Below are positions 1-7,729 of a stretch of 64,000 nucleotides of DNA, one piece after another (the stretch's first letter is position 1; each line of letters starts with the position of its first letter). Location of the stretch: contig CALGMR010000001.1 of the NCBI GenBank assembly GCA_937958815.1, positions 96,300 through 160,299 of the forward strand, in the 5' to 3' direction. The stretch comes from an uncultured Rhizobiaceae group bacterium (GTDB taxonomy: Bacteria; Pseudomonadota; Alphaproteobacteria; Rhizobiales; Rhizobiaceae). A model generated the notes under the pieces. The model was not told where the DNA came from and searched no databases. It saw only the letters and a list, made by a program, of their open reading frames with translations. A program made the translations under genes and the position numbers.

Positions 1-794
1 ATAGAAAAGCCCAAGCCAATAGACCCGCCAGATGGCGAAATAATCGCCGTATTGATGCCGATGACTTCCCCATCCATGTTGAACAATGGGCCACCGGAAT
101 TGCCCCGGTTGATCGCCGCATCCGTTTGAATGAAATTGTCGTAAGGGCCAGAGCGAATGTCACGGTTGATCGCAGAGACAATACCCAGCGTCACAGAACT
201 GCCTTGACCGAACGGGTTGCCAATGGCCATCACCCAATCGCCCACCCGTGATTTACCCGACTGGCCAAACTTGACGGCTTGCAGAGGTTTTTCAGGCTTC
301 ACACGCAAAACCGCTATATCCGTTTTGGCGTCGGTTCCGATTACTTCCGCAACCAATTTGCTGCCATCTGTAAAATCAACCGTGATCTCATCTGCATCAG
401 CAATCACATGGTTGTTGGTGATGATGATGCCTTCTGGATCAATGACAAAACCAGACCCCAAAGACTGGACTTTACGCGGTTGGGTTCTTGAACCGCCCCG
501 TTCTTGTTGTTTGAAAAAGTCGTCGAAGAATTCTTGAAACGGAGAGCCATCTGGAACACGAGGTCGCGGCGTTCGGCCACTTTCTTCGCCACTGGAACCT
601 CCACCTACATTTTGAGAAGTGGAGATGTTCACCACAGCTCCGATGAGTTCATCTGCAAGATCCGCAACAGAGGCTGGGCCAGCAGCATGAGCTGGAAGAT
701 TGTTGAGGGGATTGCCAGCATTTCCGATCACACCGCCAGCAACGGTTAGCGCGAGAGCGGCCGCAGAAACCTTCAAAAACTTTGGAAACTTCAT
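1..794 (-). CDS. degP: DegP/HtrA-family periplasmic serine endoprotease (S1C), 3' part runs off the left edge
   Basis: Absent from the ORF track because no stop lies in the window. Reverse-strand translation from the ATG at 792-794 reads MKFPKFLKVSAAALALTVAGG (signal peptide) ... GSGFVIDPEGIIITNNHV ... TDAAINRGNSGGPLFN. The GNSGGP catalytic-serine motif is in frame with the start. GGAG lies upstream of the ATG. The position after hflKC-DUF2065 is a common arrangement. Confidence 0.9.
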   Translation of the reverse strand, partial: MKFPKFLKVSAAALALTVAGGVIGNAGNPLNNLPAHAAGPASVADLADELIGAVVNISTSQNVGGGSSGEESGRTPRPRVPDGSPFQEFFDDFFKQQERGGSRTQPRKVQSLGSGFVIDPEGIIITNNHVIADADEITVDFTDGSKLVAEVIGTDAKTDIAVLRVKPEKPLQAVKFGQSGKSRVGDWVMAIGNPFGQGSSVTLGIVSAINRDIRSGPYDNFIQTDAAINRGNSGGPLFNMDGEVIGINTAIISPSGGSIGLGFS

Positions 795-942
795 TCAAAT
801 ATTCTCCAGAACTTATCTTCAGACATCAAGCCCGAAACAATGTGGCAGGGAAAGACAAAATTGAGCGAAACGACTCACAATTAGCTGATCTTAGTTGAAT
901 AACGCAGATTTCCGCTCATTGGTTTCATCCCGCAGAAGCAAT

Positions 943-1131
943 TTATGATCCGCGGACAATCCAGACCAAGCCGACACCAATGCAAAGCGCAACAAGGCCA
1001 GCGCGTCGCAACACGCTTTCATCCATCTGACTGACATCAAAAGCCAATTTCTTGGCGGCAGAAGGTGCGCCCGCGTAGAGCGCACCCTCAATTGCTAAAA
1101 ACGCTCCAATGATGCTCAAAAGTTCAACCAT
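943..1131 (-). CDS. DUF2065-like small membrane protein
   Basis: 62 aa with two hydrophobic helices (LLSIIGAFLAIEGALYAG, GLVALCIGVGLVWIV). It lies directly downstream of hflC, the usual location for this family. Confidence 0.7.
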   Translation of the reverse strand: MVELLSIIGAFLAIEGALYAGAPSAAKKLAFDVSQMDESVLRRAGLVALCIGVGLVWIVRGS

Positions 1132-1154
1132 CGAAACGCCTCAAACCAAAAACG

Positions 1155-2060
1155 CTATTGCTTTGGTTGATTTGGTTGACCAGCTGGATCTTGGAAGAAG
1201 TTGAAGAATTCTGAATTTGGCGACAAGACCATTGTGGTTCCAGAATTTTCCAACGCTGTTTGATACGCAATCATGGAACGGTAGAACGCAAAGAACTCCG
1301 GGTCCTTGTTGTAAGCTTCCGCAAAAATACGGTTGCGCTCGCCTTCGCCTTCACCACGGGTGATTTCAGCTTCGCGTTGGGCTTCCGCTTTAATCTCCAC
1401 AACCTGACGATCAGCAGCCGCACGAATACGACGCGCAGCTTCTTGACCACGGGCACGAAGACGTTCCGCCTCAGCGAAACGTTCCGCTTTCATACGCTCA
1501 TAGGTCTGTTCAGAGACTTCGCTGGTAAGATCAGTACGGCGAATACGCACGTCTACGATATCGATGCCCAGTTCTTGAGCTTCAGGGCGAATTTGGTCAC
1601 GCACCTCAAACATCATTTCAGAACGTTCTTCAGAAAGAGCGGCCTCAAAACCACGCAAACCATATGTGCGGCGCAAAGCAGAATCCAAACGCGTGCTCAA
1701 CAGGCTTTCAGCTTGTTGAGTTGTTGCGCCAGGAACACGTTCACGGAACTTGCGAGGATCAGAAATTTTATATGTGAGAAAGGCACTCACATCATAAAAC
1801 TTACCACCGCGAACCTGAACAGGATTGGAAGGATCAAAGTCCAAACGCAACAGGCGATCTTCCAAAATCTGCACGGTGTCCATGCCAATGAATGTCAAAG
1901 GCAGTTTGAAATAGAGACCAGGCTCTTTTTCCACTTTTTGAATTTCACCGAAGCGAAGCACGATGGCTTGCTCGCGTTCGTTTACAATGAAAAACGAACT
2001 CCAAACAAACAACAAAACCAACAGGCCAATAACGCCCAATAAACCAAAACGATTAGACAT
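1155..2060 (-). CDS. hflC: protease modulator HflC (SPFH/band-7)
   Basis: 301 aa with an N-terminal TM helix followed by an SPFH domain. Its start overlaps the hflK stop by 1 nt (TAATG). Confidence 0.95.
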   Translation of the reverse strand: MSNRFGLLGVIGLLVLLFVWSSFFIVNEREQAIVLRFGEIQKVEKEPGLYFKLPLTFIGMDTVQILEDRLLRLDFDPSNPVQVRGGKFYDVSAFLTYKISDPRKFRERVPGATTQQAESLLSTRLDSALRRTYGLRGFEAALSEERSEMMFEVRDQIRPEAQELGIDIVDVRIRRTDLTSEVSEQTYERMKAERFAEAERLRARGQEAARRIRAAADRQVVEIKAEAQREAEITRGEGEGERNRIFAEAYNKDPEFFAFYRSMIAYQTALENSGTTMVLSPNSEFFNFFQDPAGQPNQPKQ

Positions 2061-3190
2061 TAGTTATTGCCTCCTGCAGCTCTTTTGCCAATTTCAGGCA
2101 GTGGAAGATAAGGAACAACGCCAGTGCCGTTGGCACCACCATTTTCCATGATCACTTTGTTTGATCCCTTCAAAACGCCTTCCATTGTTTCCAAGAACAA
2201 CCGTTTGCGGGTAACTTCGGGAGCTTTTGCATATTGCTCATAAACTGAAAGAAAACGCTGGGCCTCACCTTCAGCTTCTTGAACAACACGGTTCTTGTAA
2301 CCAGCAGCATCTTCAAGAATTTGAGCCGCTTGACCGCGGGCTTCACCCAAAGCAGTGTTTTGATATTTGTTGGCTTCTTCTTGGAACTGATCTTCATTTT
2401 GTTCCGCGCGTTGCACTTCATCGTACGCCTGTGCAACTTCGGCTGGTGGGGCCGCGTCTTCGATTTTTAGACCACGAATTGAAATACCAGCGCCATAGCC
2501 ATCAAGAGTGCTTTGAACAATTTTCAAAACTGCCTGAGCAATACCTTCACGGTCGTCACGGAAAATGTCTTGCGCCGGACGACGGCCAACGATTTCACGC
2601 ATGGCGCTTTCGCTCACCTGTGCCACCATCCCTTGGGGGTCGCTAACGTTGAACAGGTATTTTTTAGGATCGGAAACCGAATACAAAACGGTGAAAGCAA
2701 CATCCACGATGTTTTGGTCACCTGAAAGCATGAGCCCCTGCTTTGAGCGGGAATTTTGAGATGATCCAATGTTGATCTGATTTTCAACGATTTTGACTTT
2801 CTCAGCAGTTTCAATCGGCCAGAATGCGAAATGCAAACCGGAGGTTGCCACTTCATCCTTCGGGACACCGAAACGGGTTTCAACGGCCAATTCGTCCGCA
2901 TCGACCTGATAGGCAGACGCAAGCACCCAAAGCGCAACACCGGCAAGTGCAATAAAACCAAGCCCTGCAGCGCCAAACCCTGCGCCACCAGAGCCACCGC
3001 CACCTGGAATAACGTTTTTCAATTTGTCTTGGCCACGCTTGAGAATTTCTTCCAAGTCAGGTGGTTGTTGTCCTCCACCGCCACCGCCTTGTGGACGTTG
3101 TGGGCCACGCGGCCCCTGCCCCCAAGGGCCTCCGCCATTTCCGTTGTTTCCACCGGGCTTACCGCCACCAGTTTGATTGCTCCAGGGCAT
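2060..3190 (-). CDS. hflK: FtsH protease activity modulator HflK (SPFH/band-7)
   Basis: 376 aa with a Gly/Gln-rich N-terminus, one TM helix and an SPFH domain. It is paired with hflC. Confidence 0.95.
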   Translation of the reverse strand: MPWSNQTGGGKPGGNNGNGGGPWGQGPRGPQRPQGGGGGGQQPPDLEEILKRGQDKLKNVIPGGGGSGGAGFGAAGLGFIALAGVALWVLASAYQVDADELAVETRFGVPKDEVATSGLHFAFWPIETAEKVKIVENQINIGSSQNSRSKQGLMLSGDQNIVDVAFTVLYSVSDPKKYLFNVSDPQGMVAQVSESAMREIVGRRPAQDIFRDDREGIAQAVLKIVQSTLDGYGAGISIRGLKIEDAAPPAEVAQAYDEVQRAEQNEDQFQEEANKYQNTALGEARGQAAQILEDAAGYKNRVVQEAEGEAQRFLSVYEQYAKAPEVTRKRLFLETMEGVLKGSNKVIMENGGANGTGVVPYLPLPEIGKRAAGGNN

Positions 3191-3332
3191 ATAGTGTCCT
3201 TGTCTTTGCGGCGTGATGAAATCACCAAAGCCGCGTGCGGGATAAATGTTGACTTGTTATAGGGTCGTGACAACGCGCTTTCAACGAAAGATCGTAAGAT
3301 TCATAAACCTTTTGATCGTTCCAATTGCCGCA

Positions 3333-3845
3333 TCAACCGCGCCTTTGATAAATGCAATAGCGTGTTGCAGCGCTGTCGCGCTCTCCAGCAGGCACGTCTT
3401 TGCACTCAATCTCTTCCCAAATATCCAAATCAATGTCGGGAAAAACGGTATCGCCCTCAGGCTGTGCAGAGACCTTGGTGACGTGCAAAACATCTGCCAG
3501 TTCAATTGTTTGCGCATAAATTTGGCCGCCACCCACCACACATACTGCGTCTGCCTGCTCGGCCAAAGCAACCTCTTGCGCCACAACAAGGGCTTGTTGG
3601 GTCGATGAAGCAACTACCACACCCGGCGATTGCCATTCTTTGTCGCGTGTCACCACAATCGATGTGCGCCCCGGCAACGGCTTGCCAATGCTTTCAAATG
3701 TTTTACGCCCCATAATCATGGGTTTGCCCAATGTCAGCGCCTTGAAGCGCTTCAAATCTGTAGACAGTCTCCAAGGCATATCGCCATCCATGCCGATGAC
3801 ACCGTTTTCAGCTGCCGCAACCACTATCCAAACAGGAACACTCAT
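3333..3845 (-). CDS. folA: dihydrofolate reductase
   Basis: 170 aa. [44 protein letters not shown] matches the DHFR signature. It overlaps the thyA stop by 4 nt. Confidence 0.95.
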   Translation of the reverse strand: MSVPVWIVVAAAENGVIGMDGDMPWRLSTDLKRFKALTLGKPMIMGRKTFESIGKPLPGRTSIVVTRDKEWQSPGVVVASSTQQALVVAQEVALAEQADAVCVVGGGQIYAQTIELADVLHVTKVSAQPEGDTVFPDIDLDIWEEIECKDVPAGERDSAATRYCIYQRRG

Positions 3846-4636
3846 ACTGCAATCGGAGCCTTGATGCTTGCATCAGCTTCATACCCGTTCAGCACGAAGT
3901 CATCATAGGTGAAGGCAAACAAATCAACCACACCGGGATTGATATCCAATGTCGGCAATTGTTTTGGTGTGCGCGTGAGTTGCTCTTTAGCTTGCTCGAA
4001 ATGATTGGAATACAAATGCGCATCGCCCAGCGTGTGTACAAAGTCTCCAGGCTTCAAACCACAGACTTGCGCCATCATAATGGTCAGCAAAGCATAAGAC
4101 GCGATGTTGAACGGAACTCCGAGGAAAATGTCACCTGATCGCTGGTACAATTGACACGACAATTTCCCATCCGAGACGTAAAACTGAAACATGGTGTGAC
4201 ACGGCGGCAAAGCCATTTCATCCACCAATGCAGGATTCCAAGCAGAGACGATCAATCGGCGTGAATTGGGATTCGTTTTGATTTGCTCAATCACATTGGC
4301 AATTTGGTCTATTGTGCCGCCATCAGGCTTGGGCCAAGAGCGCCATTGCACGCCGTAAACAGGCCCGAGTTCTCCATTTTCATCGGCCCATTCGTCCCAA
4401 ATAGACACCCCATTCTCTTTCAAATAAGCGATGTTGGAACTGCCTTTCAAAAACCAAAGCAACTCATGAATGATTGATTTTAAATGGAGTTTCTTTGTGG
4501 TGAGCACCGGAAACCCTTCCGACAAATCATACCGCATCTGATGGCCAAACACCGAGCGCGTGCCCGTGCCTGTGCGATCACCACGGTCAGAACCATTCTC
4601 AAGAACATGAGATAAAAGGTCGAGATATTGTTTCAT
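3842..4636 (-). CDS. thyA: thymidylate synthase (ThyA)
   Basis: The protein aligns end to end with the E. coli ThyA sequence I recall ([30 protein letters not shown]). The start was moved from the GTG at 4666 to the ATG at 4636, giving the canonical 264 aa. Confidence 0.95.
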   Translation of the reverse strand: MKQYLDLLSHVLENGSDRGDRTGTGTRSVFGHQMRYDLSEGFPVLTTKKLHLKSIIHELLWFLKGSSNIAYLKENGVSIWDEWADENGELGPVYGVQWRSWPKPDGGTIDQIANVIEQIKTNPNSRRLIVSAWNPALVDEMALPPCHTMFQFYVSDGKLSCQLYQRSGDIFLGVPFNIASYALLTIMMAQVCGLKPGDFVHTLGDAHLYSNHFEQAKEQLTRTPKQLPTLDINPGVVDLFAFTYDDFVLNGYEADASIKAPIAV

Positions 4637-4874
4637 AAAGTGTCCAAAATCACAGTAAGTCAGCACTGAATCATAATGCCTGCTTGGTCTTCCTTACATC
4701 ACCGCAATAAAAAACGCTCGAAAATGACTGATTCTTCCACAGGCGACGATGGACGCGGGGGTGAGAAAGTCGTACAAGCGTCAAGTAATCTTCCGTAAGG
4801 TCAATTAGACTTGCGGATTTCAACGAAGCGCCAAGCATAGTGCCCACAGCGCAAAGACGAGAGAAAGAAGCCCA

Positions 4875-5216
4875 ATGAGCAAACGCGACGATCTTATCGC
4901 CAAATACGCAGATGATTTGAAAAACAAATGCGGCATGTCACCAGACATGGACCTTTTGACAAAAGTGACCATTGGTTGCGGTCCTTCTATCTACAATGCT
5001 GACGCGTCAACCGTTTCAGGTTCTGACCAGTCAGAACTCGACACAGTAAAGAACAACTTCCTGATCAAGAAACTTGGTTTGGGCGATGGCCCGAAGCTTG
5101 ATGAAGCCATCGATGCTGTGATCACAACTTACGGCAAATCAGAGCGCAACAAATACCGCGCTGTTGTTTATTACATGCTGACAAAACACTTCGGCAAAGA
5201 AAGCGTTTACGGTTAA
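4875..5216 (+). CDS. DUF2853 family protein
   Basis: 113 aa. Conserved blocks SGSDQSELDTVKNNFLIKKLG and RNKYRAVVYYMLTKHFGK are shared with the paralog at 5933-6244. Confidence 0.7.
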   Translation: MSKRDDLIAKYADDLKNKCGMSPDMDLLTKVTIGCGPSIYNADASTVSGSDQSELDTVKNNFLIKKLGLGDGPKLDEAIDAVITTYGKSERNKYRAVVYYMLTKHFGKESVYG

Positions 5217-5251
5217 GGCGAACGGCTCATAAGCCAATTGGTTTAGACACA

Positions 5252-5292
5252 ACGTCATGGCGAGTACCTGCTCGCCATGACGTTTCTTTTTG
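5252..5292 (+). terminator. rho-independent terminator after the DUF2853 gene
   Basis: Perfect 13-bp stem (acgtcatggcgag / ctcgccatgacgt) with a 6-nt loop, followed by ttctttttgg. Confidence 0.85.
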
Positions 5293-5304
5293 GAATCCCG
5301 AAAA

Positions 5305-5784
5305 CTACTGGTTTTTGCTGAGCTCTACCCAGTTTTTGTCACCATCTTCGATAAATTTAGGAATGTCGCCTTCCCAAAGGCTTTGGACATTCTTATCGTA
5401 ATTCAAATACAATTTGTTATCGACCACAGTGAAAGCATCTGGCTCCGTTTTCGCCGTTGATCCTTTTGCAACCGCATAAGCGCAAAAGCCGCCATACTGT
5501 GGGGCATATTTTTCTGGGTTTGCCTCAAACAAGGCCTTGTTCTCAGCCGAAGCAAAACGCCACGTCACGCCTTTCCAGGAATGGGTATACGCATCGCTGC
5601 CTTCCACCGGTTTGCCTTCGGTAATATAAGCAACCGTGTCGTATCCGTTGATCGCAATGCCCGGTGTTTTGCCCGTAAACACAGGGCCAGCGGCCAAAAC
5701 CTCACGCGTTTGCCAAAAATATGCACCAGTGCCACCAACCGCGACAACCGCTGCTGCACCCAACAAAAATATACGTCTGTTCAT
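5305..5784 (-). CDS. YHS domain-containing periplasmic protein with a Tat-like signal
   Basis: 159 aa. The N-terminus MNRRIFLLGAAAVVAVGGTGAY resembles a Tat/Sec signal. The body contains GYDTVAYITEGKPVEG..WRFASAENKALFEANPEKYAPQYGGFCAY, typical of YHS-type proteins. Confidence 0.75.
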   Translation of the reverse strand: MNRRIFLLGAAAVVAVGGTGAYFWQTREVLAAGPVFTGKTPGIAINGYDTVAYITEGKPVEGSDAYTHSWKGVTWRFASAENKALFEANPEKYAPQYGGFCAYAVAKGSTAKTEPDAFTVVDNKLYLNYDKNVQSLWEGDIPKFIEDGDKNWVELSKNQ

Positions 5785-5876
5785 GACATCATCCTAAAAA
5801 AATTGCCTGAAAACCCGATACACTGATTGCACGAATTCAATACGGCAAAGCCACTCAATCGTTTTCACATCTTTGT

Positions 5877-5911
5877 GCAAACAAAAAGGCAGCGCATATT
5901 TGCACTGCCTT
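5877..5911 (-). terminator. rho-independent terminator after the second DUF2853 gene
   Basis: On the minus strand the stem is aaggcag..ctgcctt, extended by an inner gca/tgc pairing, followed by TTTGTTTG. Confidence 0.7.
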
Positions 5912-5932
5912 CCAAGTCAGTTTGTTAGAGGC

Positions 5933-6244
5933 TTATAAATCGCCTAATTTGCCGTGATGTTTGGCCACTAGATAGTAAAAGGTCACACGACTTTTGTTGC
6001 GATCGCCTTTCATGGTTTCACATACTTTTCCAATTACATCATCACAAGCTGAAGCATCGGTTTCGCCGAGTTTCTTCATGCACCATTTCTCGCGGACACG
6101 ATCAAGTTCTGATGTGTCAGAACAAGACACCAAAGATGAATCTTTTCCCCGAAGAGCAATTCCAAGATGTTTGACGATTTTTTCAACAACACCGGCATCT
6201 GCACCGGAATCATAGCGTTTCACGTCATCAAGATATTCACTCAT
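5933..6244 (-). CDS. DUF2853 family protein (divergent paralog)
   Basis: 103 aa. The motifs SCSDTSELDRVREKWCMKKLG and RNKSRVTFYYLVAKHHGK parallel those of the 4875-5216 product. Confidence 0.7.
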   Translation of the reverse strand: MSEYLDDVKRYDSGADAGVVEKIVKHLGIALRGKDSSLVSCSDTSELDRVREKWCMKKLGETDASACDDVIGKVCETMKGDRNKSRVTFYYLVAKHHGKLGDL

Positions 6245-6405
6245 TTAATAGTCTCCCAATATTGGGCTCCCATAAGAAGCCAATTTCTGTTTGCCGAGGC
6301 CACACTTTCCTGCGTTTTTGTATTCTTGCGTGCCCATCGGCAAACTCCTCATTTTGCCCCTAAATTCAATCTGGCCTTTTCATAATCAATTGCCAACCCT
6401 ATATA

Positions 6406-6745
6406 GGGGGGGCTGGAGCAATCCAGATATGGTGATAAATGACCTTTGTAATAAGCCATTCGGACCCGGGGGCGGTACCCGGCGCCTCCACCAAGCTGCT
6501 TGAAACGCTGTTTTAAAGCGTCTTGGCGGGGGCGAAATAGGATCGACGAGGGTGTAAAGACTGCGTTTTCACTCGGCATGGTACCCACCGATATCGGGCC
6601 ATTATAGTAGTTGCAAATGATAACAACTATGTGGAAGCACGCGTCGCTGCGTAAGCAGTGCCAAGTACTTCAATTTAACTCCTAAGGGTTCACTCCCTTG
6701 GGCGGGGTCCGAAGGCACCTGGCAACAGAAGCCTTCACTTTTCCC
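6406..6745 (+). ncRNA. ssrA: tmRNA (SsrA), circularly permuted two-piece alphaproteobacterial type; outer boundaries approximate
   Basis: The acceptor piece has a T-arm (ccggg-ggcggta-cccgg, 6466-6482) followed by cgcctccACCA ending at 6493. After a 34-nt intervening segment the coding piece starts with GGGGGCG at 6528. That start pairs 7 bp with the acceptor 3' strand and includes a G3:U70 pair. The D-loop-like aaataggatcgacg follows. The tag reading frame 6613-6651 encodes ANDNNYVEARVAA with a TAA stop at 6652-6654. A hairpin plus T-run lies at 6711-6745. Confidence 0.85.
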
Positions 6746-6852
6746 TTCGCTGGTCGTCAAAGCTTTTTCCTGTGGTATTTTGCGCTTGCTAGTGCACACG
6801 GCTTTGTTCGTGCTAAGACTAAGGCAACAAATCACCTGATTGCTCGAGACCA

Positions 6853-7482
6853 ATGTCAGACACAACCGACACTCCAGAACCAGAAGATCTGATCCGCTAC
6901 GATATTCTGGCGCAAGAAGCGCTGCGCGGAGTGGTCAAAAAAGTGCTTCAAGAAGTGGCACGCACAGGTTTGCCTGGCGAGCACCATTTCTACGTCACAT
7001 TCGACACCAACTACAGCGGTGTTCGCATGTCGAGCCGTATGAAAGAGAAATATCCCGATGAAATGACCATTGTGGTGCAACATCAGTTCTGGGATTTGGA
7101 AACAACTGACAATGGGTTTTCGATCGGACTGTCATTCGACAATATCCCCGAAAATATGCTCATTCCTTACGCTGCCATTCGTGGTTTCTTCGATCCTTCC
7201 GTGCAATTTGGCCTTCAATTTGAAGCTGTGGACGACGAAGACGGTCAGGAAACTTCTAAACCGGAAATGTTGGAAAGTGATGCTGGCGAAAATGTAAGCG
7301 CGCTTCCAGCACCTGCAAAGAAGAAGACCAAAAAGCAGGAAGCAAAAGCCGAGGAAGAGCCTGCAAAAAAGGAACAAGCAGAAGCTGAAACGGCCACCGA
7401 TACCGCTGATGCAGATGTTGAGGCAGACGAAAATTCCGGGTCTGCCGATGTGGTTTCGCTAGATGCGTTCCGCAAAAAATAG
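6853..7482 (+). CDS. sspB: ClpXP adaptor SspB (alphaproteobacterial type)
   Basis: 209 aa. The N-terminal domain reads RYDILAQEALRGVVKKVL..GLPGEHHFYVTFDT..MTIVVQHQFWDL. It is followed by an acidic/Lys-rich linker and the C-terminal tail DVVSLDAFRKK, which resembles a ClpX-binding motif. Confidence 0.8.
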   Translation: MSDTTDTPEPEDLIRYDILAQEALRGVVKKVLQEVARTGLPGEHHFYVTFDTNYSGVRMSSRMKEKYPDEMTIVVQHQFWDLETTDNGFSIGLSFDNIPENMLIPYAAIRGFFDPSVQFGLQFEAVDDEDGQETSKPEMLESDAGENVSALPAPAKKKTKKQEAKAEEEPAKKEQAEAETATDTADADVEADENSGSADVVSLDAFRKK

Positions 7483-7496
7483 AATCCAGTGTTGAG

Positions 7497-7724
7497 ATGA
7501 GAAAACACTCCATCTCAATCAACGGCCATTCCACTTCGTTTTCTTTGGAAGACCCGTTTTGGATTTTGTTGAAAAGTTTTGCGGCTAAGGATCAACATTC
7601 GGTCGCGCGTGTGGTCACAAAAATTGACCGCGAGCGCGCAGCAGACACCAACCTATCCTCTGCACTACGACTTTACGTACTCAATCGTGTTGCGACCGAA
7701 GGTGCGCCAGAGATTGACGCATAA
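7497..7724 (+). CDS. ribbon-helix-helix (RHH_4-like) domain protein
   Basis: 75 aa. SISINGHSTSFSLEDPFWILLKSFAA..NLSSALRLYVL matches the small alphaproteobacterial RHH family often misannotated as an aryl-sulfate sulfotransferase. Confidence 0.65.
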   Translation: MRKHSISINGHSTSFSLEDPFWILLKSFAAKDQHSVARVVTKIDRERAADTNLSSALRLYVLNRVATEGAPEIDA

Positions 7725-7729
7725 CAGGC

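Noticed and set aside
217-749. Several plus-strand ORFs (217-537, 279-491, 504-749) and the minus-strand ORF 404-604 at the left edge
   Set aside because: All lie inside, and out of frame with or antisense to, the edge-truncated degP reading frame. That frame has a clear signal peptide and the GNSGGP protease motif.
6349-6865. Minus-strand ORFs 6349-6588 and 6602-6865, and plus-strand ORFs 6291-6503 and 6698-6892
   Set aside because: They overlap the tmRNA gene, whose T-arm/CCA end, G3:U70 acceptor stem and tag reading frame explain the region. The ORF products are low-complexity with no homology.
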